Translations under genes and position numbers: made by a program
Source: an uncultured Desulfarculus sp.
Lineage (GTDB): Bacteria > Desulfobacterota > Desulfarculia > Desulfarculales > Desulfarculaceae
Reading direction: 5' to 3'
Length of the DNA stretch: 64,000 nt
NCBI GenBank assembly: GCA_963665125.2
Contig: CAXXUK010000001.1
Coordinates: forward strand, 2,976,001-3,040,000
Notes under the pieces: generated by a model
Database searches by the model: none
What the model was told of the DNA's origin: nothing
Seen by the model: the letters and a program-made list of their open reading frames with translations, nothing else
In this document: positions 58,865-64,000 of the stretch, in pieces
How the letters are laid out: each line of letters begins with the position of its first letter
How positions within the stretch are numbered: the first letter of the stretch is position 1

Positions 58865-60559
58865 TCAGCGCAGGACTTTCTTGTCCACCTTGCCCACGGA
58901 AGTCAACGGAATTTGGTCTATGAATTCAACGATTTTAGGCACTTTGTACGGAGCCACCTGCTCCTTGATGAAGCTGATCAGTTCGGCCTCGACTTCCGCC
59001 GCCGGCTTTTGCTTGTATGACGGGTTGAGCTGTGCCACCAGCTTGACGATTTCCGAGCCGATGCGTTTTTCGTCCTTTATACCCACCACCGCACAGGCAT
59101 CCACGGCCGGGTGGGTATAAAATTTTTCTTCCACTTCCCTGGGGAAGACCTTGTAGCCGCTGACATTGACCATGTCCTTGGTGCGGTCGACGATGTACAG
59201 GTATCCGTCGGAGTCCATGGTGGCCACGTCGCCGGTGTGCATCCAGATCTCGCCGTCGTGCTCCCTGAGCGCGGAGGCCGACTCCTCGGGCTTGTTGTGA
59301 TAGCCCCGCATAACCTGAGGGCCGCAGACGATCATCTCGCCCTCATCGCCCAGAGGCACATCCTCGTTGCCCTCGGCCAAATCCATCAGCCGGACCTTGG
59401 TCGAGGGGATGGGCAAGCCCACCGAACCGGCCTTTTTGGGACCGAAAACAGGGTTACAGGCCACAACCGGGCTGGTCTCGGTCATGCCCACCAACTCCGA
59501 TATCTTGCCCTTGCCGATAATGGACTCCAGGGCGTTGAGCGACTCCACGGGCATCGGCGCGGCGGCGGTGATGCAGACATTGAGTTCGCTGAAGTCCAGC
59601 TCCTTGAAGCCGGGCTCGCTCATCAGCATCATCCACAGCGAGGGCACGTTGGCCATGAAATTGGGCTTGAAATCCCGCATCTGCTGGACAAGGTAGGCTG
59701 AGTTGCGCGGATCGGGCACCAGGGACTGGGTTCCGGCGTACATCAGGGCATTGAAGGCCAGAATCAGACCCGCGATGTGGAACATCGGATAGCCCGAAAG
59801 ATAACGTCCCTCACCCATCACGGCCTTGTACCAGAAACCAAACTGGGTCAGGTTGCTAAGCAGGTTGCCGTGGGTCAGCTCGGCGCCCTTGGGCAGGCCG
59901 GTGGTGCCGCCGGTGTACTGTATGAACGCCAGATCGGTGGTGTCCAATATCACGTCCACGTTTTTAGCCGGATAATTTTGCAGGGCCTTGCGGAAGTCCA
60001 TCACCGCCTTGCCGGGCACAGGTTCGATCTTGCCCGTGGGCACCTTTTTCAACAGCTTGGCCAGCGTCTTTTTAAGGCCCGGCAGATAGTCGGCGATATT
60101 TGTGGCCAGAATCAACTTCAGGCCGGGCATTTCACCGGCCACGCCCTTGACCCGCTCGGCGAACAAGGCGTCCAGGGTCACCAGGGCCTTGGCCCCGCTG
60201 TCGTTGATCTGGTGCACGATCTCCTTGGGCATCAGCAGCGGAGACACGCCGGTGACCGCCGAGCCGTTGATCAGGGCTCCCAGGGCGGCGATGACGTACT
60301 GGGGCGTGTTTGGCAGGTTTATGCCCACCACGTCGCCCTTGCCGATGCCGTGCTCCCGCAGACAGGTCGCGAAGCTTCTGGCCGCGGCGTTGAGCTGATT
60401 GAAGGTCATGGAGGAACCCATGAAGTGAAACGCGGTCTTGTCGCCGAAATTACCCACCACTTCCTTGAATCGCGAGGCCAGCGAACCTGTCACAGGATCG
60501 ATCTGCGGCGGCACGCCTTTGTCATAGGATTTTAGCCACATACTCGGTTCGTACTTCAT
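58865..60559 (-). CDS. Long-chain fatty acid--CoA ligase
   Basis: QYTGGTTGLPKG, GMTETSP, HTGD, DRTKD and VGKVDK. Confidence 0.92.
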   Translation of the reverse strand: MKYEPSMWLKSYDKGVPPQIDPVTGSLASRFKEVVGNFGDKTAFHFMGSSMTFNQLNAAARSFATCLREHGIGKGDVVGINLPNTPQYVIAALGALINGSAVTGVSPLLMPKEIVHQINDSGAKALVTLDALFAERVKGVAGEMPGLKLILATNIADYLPGLKKTLAKLLKKVPTGKIEPVPGKAVMDFRKALQNYPAKNVDVILDTTDLAFIQYTGGTTGLPKGAELTHGNLLSNLTQFGFWYKAVMGEGRYLSGYPMFHIAGLILAFNALMYAGTQSLVPDPRNSAYLVQQMRDFKPNFMANVPSLWMMLMSEPGFKELDFSELNVCITAAAPMPVESLNALESIIGKGKISELVGMTETSPVVACNPVFGPKKAGSVGLPIPSTKVRLMDLAEGNEDVPLGDEGEMIVCGPQVMRGYHNKPEESASALREHDGEIWMHTGDVATMDSDGYLYIVDRTKDMVNVSGYKVFPREVEEKFYTHPAVDACAVVGIKDEKRIGSEIVKLVAQLNPSYKQKPAAEVEAELISFIKEQVAPYKVPKIVEFIDQIPLTSVGKVDKKVLR

Positions 60560-60601
60560 GGTTTCCTCCCCACCCCCAAGTGAATGTTGTGAAGGCCGTT
60601 G

Positions 60602-62095
60602 TTACAAGCGCCATCCTCCCAGGGTCTGCCAGGGAGACGGAACGCCTTGGGCCTTGGCCGTACCTCCGGCGGTGGTCGCGGCGGCCTGAGTCATCTCACC
60701 CACGATGTAGGCCATGCGCGCCAGATCGGCCTGGTCCTCGGACTGTTTCCAGCCTTCAAAATGTTTTGGTATGAAGTCGGTGAAGGTCTCACCGGCTATG
60801 AACTGCTCGCTTTCCAGCACATCGATCAGGAAGGGAATCGATGTCTTCACGCCCAGCACGGCATAGTTTTGCAGGGCGCGGATCATCCGCCGCCTGGCCG
60901 CCTCCCGGGTGGAGCCATAGGTCACCAGCTTGGCCAGGATGGGGTCGTAGTTCATGGGCACGTCAAAGCCCTCGTACACGCCGCAGTCATTGCGCACGCC
61001 TGGCCCGCAAGGCTCGCGGTGCACCAATAGCTTGCCCGGCGAGGGGAAGAAGTCGGCCTCGGGGTCTTCGGCGTAGACGCGGCATTCGATGGCGTGGCCC
61101 CGCTGGGTCAGGTCTTCCTGGCTGAAGGGCAGTTCGGCCCCGGCGGCCACCTCGATCATCACCCGCACCAGGTCGTGGCCCGTGGTCATCTCGGTGATGG
61201 GGTGTTCCACCTGAAGCCTTGTGTTGACCTCCAGGAAGTAGAAGTTCTTGCCTTCGTGATCCAGCAGGAACTCCACCGTGCCCGCGCCCACGTAACCGGC
61301 GGCCTTGGCCGCGGCCACGGCCGCGGCGCCCATCTTGGCCCGCAGCTCCGGCGTCAGGGCTACGCTGGGCGTCTCCTCGACGATCTTTTGGTGGCGGCGC
61401 TGGATGGAGCATTCGCGCTCGAACAGATGCACGGCATTGCCCTTGGTGTCGGCCATGATCTGGATCTCCACATGGCGCGGCTGCACCAGGTTTTTCTCAA
61501 GATAGACCCGGCCGTCGCCAAAGGCCTTGAGGGCCTCGGAGCAGGCGGCGGCGCAGGCCTCGGCCATGTCCTCGGCCTGGGTGACGGCCCTCATGCCCTT
61601 GCCGCCGCCGCCGGCCGTGGCCTTGATCAACACCGGGTAGCCCATCTTTTCGGCCTCGGCCAGGATCACGGCCTTTTCCGTTGTTGATTCGAGCATGCCG
61701 GGTATGACGGGCACCCCGGCCTTTTCCATGATCCGGCGGGCCTGGGTCTTGGAGCCCAGTTCCCGGATGACCTTGCCCGAAGGACCGACAAACACCACCC
61801 CGGCCTTTTTGCAGGCGTCGGCGAATCCGGCGTTCTCGGCCAGGAAGCCGTAGCCCGGATGAATGGCCTCGGCCCCGGTCTTTTTGGCCGCATCCAGGAT
61901 CTTTTCAATATTGAGATAGCTTGCCGCGGGTTCGGGTTCGCCCAGATTGACGGCCTCGTCGGCCTCCATCACGTGCAGGGCCGTTTTATCCACCTCGGAA
62001 TACACGGCCACGGTGGCGATGCCCATTTCACGGCAGGTGCGCATGATGCGCACGGCGATCTCGCCTCGGTTGGCGATCAGTATTTTCTTGAACAT
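60602..62095 (-). CDS. Biotin carboxylase subunit of a methylcrotonyl/geranyl-CoA carboxylase
   Basis: KILIANRGEIA, HPGYGFLAEN, GGGGKGMR, ERECSIQRRHQK and EVNTRLQVEHP; no fused BCCP. Confidence 0.93.
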   Translation of the reverse strand: MFKKILIANRGEIAVRIMRTCREMGIATVAVYSEVDKTALHVMEADEAVNLGEPEPAASYLNIEKILDAAKKTGAEAIHPGYGFLAENAGFADACKKAGVVFVGPSGKVIRELGSKTQARRIMEKAGVPVIPGMLESTTEKAVILAEAEKMGYPVLIKATAGGGGKGMRAVTQAEDMAEACAAACSEALKAFGDGRVYLEKNLVQPRHVEIQIMADTKGNAVHLFERECSIQRRHQKIVEETPSVALTPELRAKMGAAAVAAAKAAGYVGAGTVEFLLDHEGKNFYFLEVNTRLQVEHPITEMTTGHDLVRVMIEVAAGAELPFSQEDLTQRGHAIECRVYAEDPEADFFPSPGKLLVHREPCGPGVRNDCGVYEGFDVPMNYDPILAKLVTYGSTREAARRRMIRALQNYAVLGVKTSIPFLIDVLESEQFIAGETFTDFIPKHFEGWKQSEDQADLARMAYIVGEMTQAAATTAGGTAKAQGVPSPWQTLGGWRL

Positions 62096-62106
62096 AACCG
62101 CCTCCC

Positions 62107-63723
62107 CTACATCCTGAATACGCCGAAGCCCTGTTCACCAAGGTGATGCGGGCCGTTGAGCGAGGCGCTGATGGCCAGGCCCAGCACATCGCGGGTCTTG
62201 GCCGGGTCCACGATGCCGTCGTCCCAGAGCATGGAGGTGCTGTAATAGGCGTCTCCCTCGGCCTTGGCCGCCTGGACCACCGGAACCTTGATCATGTCCA
62301 TTTCCTCTTGGGTCATCGGCGGCTTGCCCTCGCGCTCGAGCTGGTCGTTTTTCACCGTGCACAAGACGCTGGCGGCCTGCTCACCGCCCATGACGCCGAT
62401 CTCGGCGTTGGGCCACATCCACAGGAACCGCGGCCCGTAGGCCCGGCCGCACATGCCGTAGTTGCCCGCGCCGAAGCTGGCGCCGACGATCATGGTGAAC
62501 TTGGGCACAGTGGCGCAGCTGACGGCGGCGACCATCTTGTGGCCGTCCTTGGTGATGCCGCCGCGCTCGTATTCGCGGCCGATGATGTATCCGTTGATGT
62601 TCTGCAGGAAGATCAGCGGAATGCCCCGGCGGTCGCAAAGCTGGATGAACTGGGTGGCCTTTTGGGAGCTTTCGCTGAACAGTACGCCGTTGTTGCCCAG
62701 GATGCCCACCGGGTAGCCGTGGATATAGGCCCAGCCGCAGACCAGGGTGGAGCCGAAACGCTCCTTGAATTCCAGGAACTCGCTGCCGTCGACCATGCGG
62801 GCGATGACCTCGCGCACGTCATAGGGCGTAGACAGTTTGGGCGGCACAACGCCCCAGATCTCCTGGGGGTCGTACAGCGGCGGCTTGGGCTGGCGCTGGC
62901 CCAGGTCGACTTTGTTGGCCGGGGGCAGGTTGCCGATGATGTCGCGCATGATCTGGATGGCGTGCTCGTCGTCTTCGGCAAAGTAGTCGCTGACGCCGGA
63001 CTCCCGGCAGTGCAGGTCGGCCCCGCCCAGTTCATCGGCGGTGACGATCTCGCCGGTGGCCGCCCGGACCAGGGGCGGGCCGCCCAGGAAGATGGCCCCG
63101 GACTTGTTTACATGCACCACGTCGTCGCTCATGGCCGGGACATAGGCCCCGCCGGCCGTGCACAGGCCGAAAACGCCGGTGATCTGGTGCACGCCCATCT
63201 TGGACATCAGGGCCTGGTTGTAAAAGGTGCGGCCGCCGTCGTCCTTGTCCGGGAAGATCTCCGATTGCAGGGGCAAAAACGCGCCTCCCGAGTCCACCAG
63301 GTTGATCATCGGCAGGCGGTTCTCCATGGCGATTTCCTGGGCCCGCAGGCTCTTCTTGACGCCGATGGGATAGACCGTGCCGCCCTTGATCATGAAGTCG
63401 TTGCCGCTGATCAGGCATTCCCGGCCCATGATCGTGCCGATACCCACCACCATGCCCGCGCCGTGGACCTTCTTGTCATATTGGTTGCGGGCGGCCAGGG
63501 GCGCTATCTCCAAAAACGGCGTGTTGCGGTCCAGCAAAAGCTCCAGGCGTTTGCGCACGGGCAGCTTGTTCAGTTCCTTGGCCCGGTTCATGGCCTTTTC
63601 GCTGCGCTCGTTGGCCGCCTTGTCCAGCTCGGCGTTCAGGTCGGTGACGAGCCTTTCCATATGCTCGTAGTTGGCCTTGTATTCCGCGCTGTTGGTATCG
63701 ATCTTGGAATCAATTACCTGCAT
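62107..63723 (-). CDS. Carboxyltransferase subunit of a methylcrotonyl/geranyl-CoA carboxylase
   Basis: KGGTVYP..KKSLRAQEIA, VDSGGAFLPLQ, CTAGGAYVPAMSD, GAGNYGMCGRAY and C-terminal FGVFRM. Confidence 0.93.
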   Translation of the reverse strand: MQVIDSKIDTNSAEYKANYEHMERLVTDLNAELDKAANERSEKAMNRAKELNKLPVRKRLELLLDRNTPFLEIAPLAARNQYDKKVHGAGMVVGIGTIMGRECLISGNDFMIKGGTVYPIGVKKSLRAQEIAMENRLPMINLVDSGGAFLPLQSEIFPDKDDGGRTFYNQALMSKMGVHQITGVFGLCTAGGAYVPAMSDDVVHVNKSGAIFLGGPPLVRAATGEIVTADELGGADLHCRESGVSDYFAEDDEHAIQIMRDIIGNLPPANKVDLGQRQPKPPLYDPQEIWGVVPPKLSTPYDVREVIARMVDGSEFLEFKERFGSTLVCGWAYIHGYPVGILGNNGVLFSESSQKATQFIQLCDRRGIPLIFLQNINGYIIGREYERGGITKDGHKMVAAVSCATVPKFTMIVGASFGAGNYGMCGRAYGPRFLWMWPNAEIGVMGGEQAASVLCTVKNDQLEREGKPPMTQEEMDMIKVPVVQAAKAEGDAYYSTSMLWDDGIVDPAKTRDVLGLAISASLNGPHHLGEQGFGVFRM

Positions 63724-63796
63724 ATCAATAAAGCCTTTTGTTTACTGTCGGTTGAGGTTCTCTGCGGCCGGGCGGGCCATGCCCGCCGGGGGCCTG

Positions 63797-64000
63797 TTAG
63801 TACCACTCAAGCATCTGGTCGGCGATTTTCATCCGCGAAATCTCGCTGGAGGTGCCCGCCACGGTCAGATACTTGGCGTCGCGGTAGCTCTCTTCGGCCG
63901 CGTTGCCCCTGGTGAATCCGGCGCCGCCCAGGATCTGCATGGCCTCGCTGGCCACCTTTTCGGCCGATTCGCAGACATAGACCTTGGCCGAGCGGGCGGT
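63797..64000 (-). CDS. Acyl-CoA dehydrogenase C-terminus, partial (runs off the right edge)
   Basis: Manual translation: TARSAKVYVCESAEKVASEAMQILGGAGFTRGNAAEESYRDAKYLTVAGTSSEISRMKIADQMLEWY*. Confidence 0.8.
   Translation of the reverse strand, partial: TARSAKVYVCESAEKVASEAMQILGGAGFTRGNAAEESYRDAKYLTVAGTSSEISRMKIADQMLEWY

Overview
GC-rich bacterial chromosome segment. Gene content and protein style suggest a Desulfobacterota (deltaproteobacterial) anaerobe; this is inferred, not searched. Housekeeping genes (purB, kdsB, tatBC, uvrBC, cysS, ispDF) are interleaved with signalling genes (PAS histidine kinase, PilZ, REC-HD-GYP, HDOD, MCP), many uncharacterised secreted proteins and, at the right end, an atu/liu-like branched-chain acyl-CoA degradation cluster. 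I found no rRNA, tRNA, CRISPR array, integrase or transposase. The most notable observations are: (1) a 1849-aa secreted protein with a nucleotidyltransferase-like N-terminal motif, a hydrophobic hairpin, and FecR-like, lectin-like and propeller domains (toxin-like layout); (2) a 66-bp duplication of the uvrB 3' end, with each copy followed by a divergent, broken SRPBCC-like paralogue; (3) a ~120-bp dispersed multi-hairpin element in two copies with compensatory base changes; (4) an AT-richer three-gene module whose proteins share a repeated motif; (5) a kdnA-kdsB pair pointing to 8-amino-Kdo. All family assignments come from motif recognition by eye; no database searches were run.
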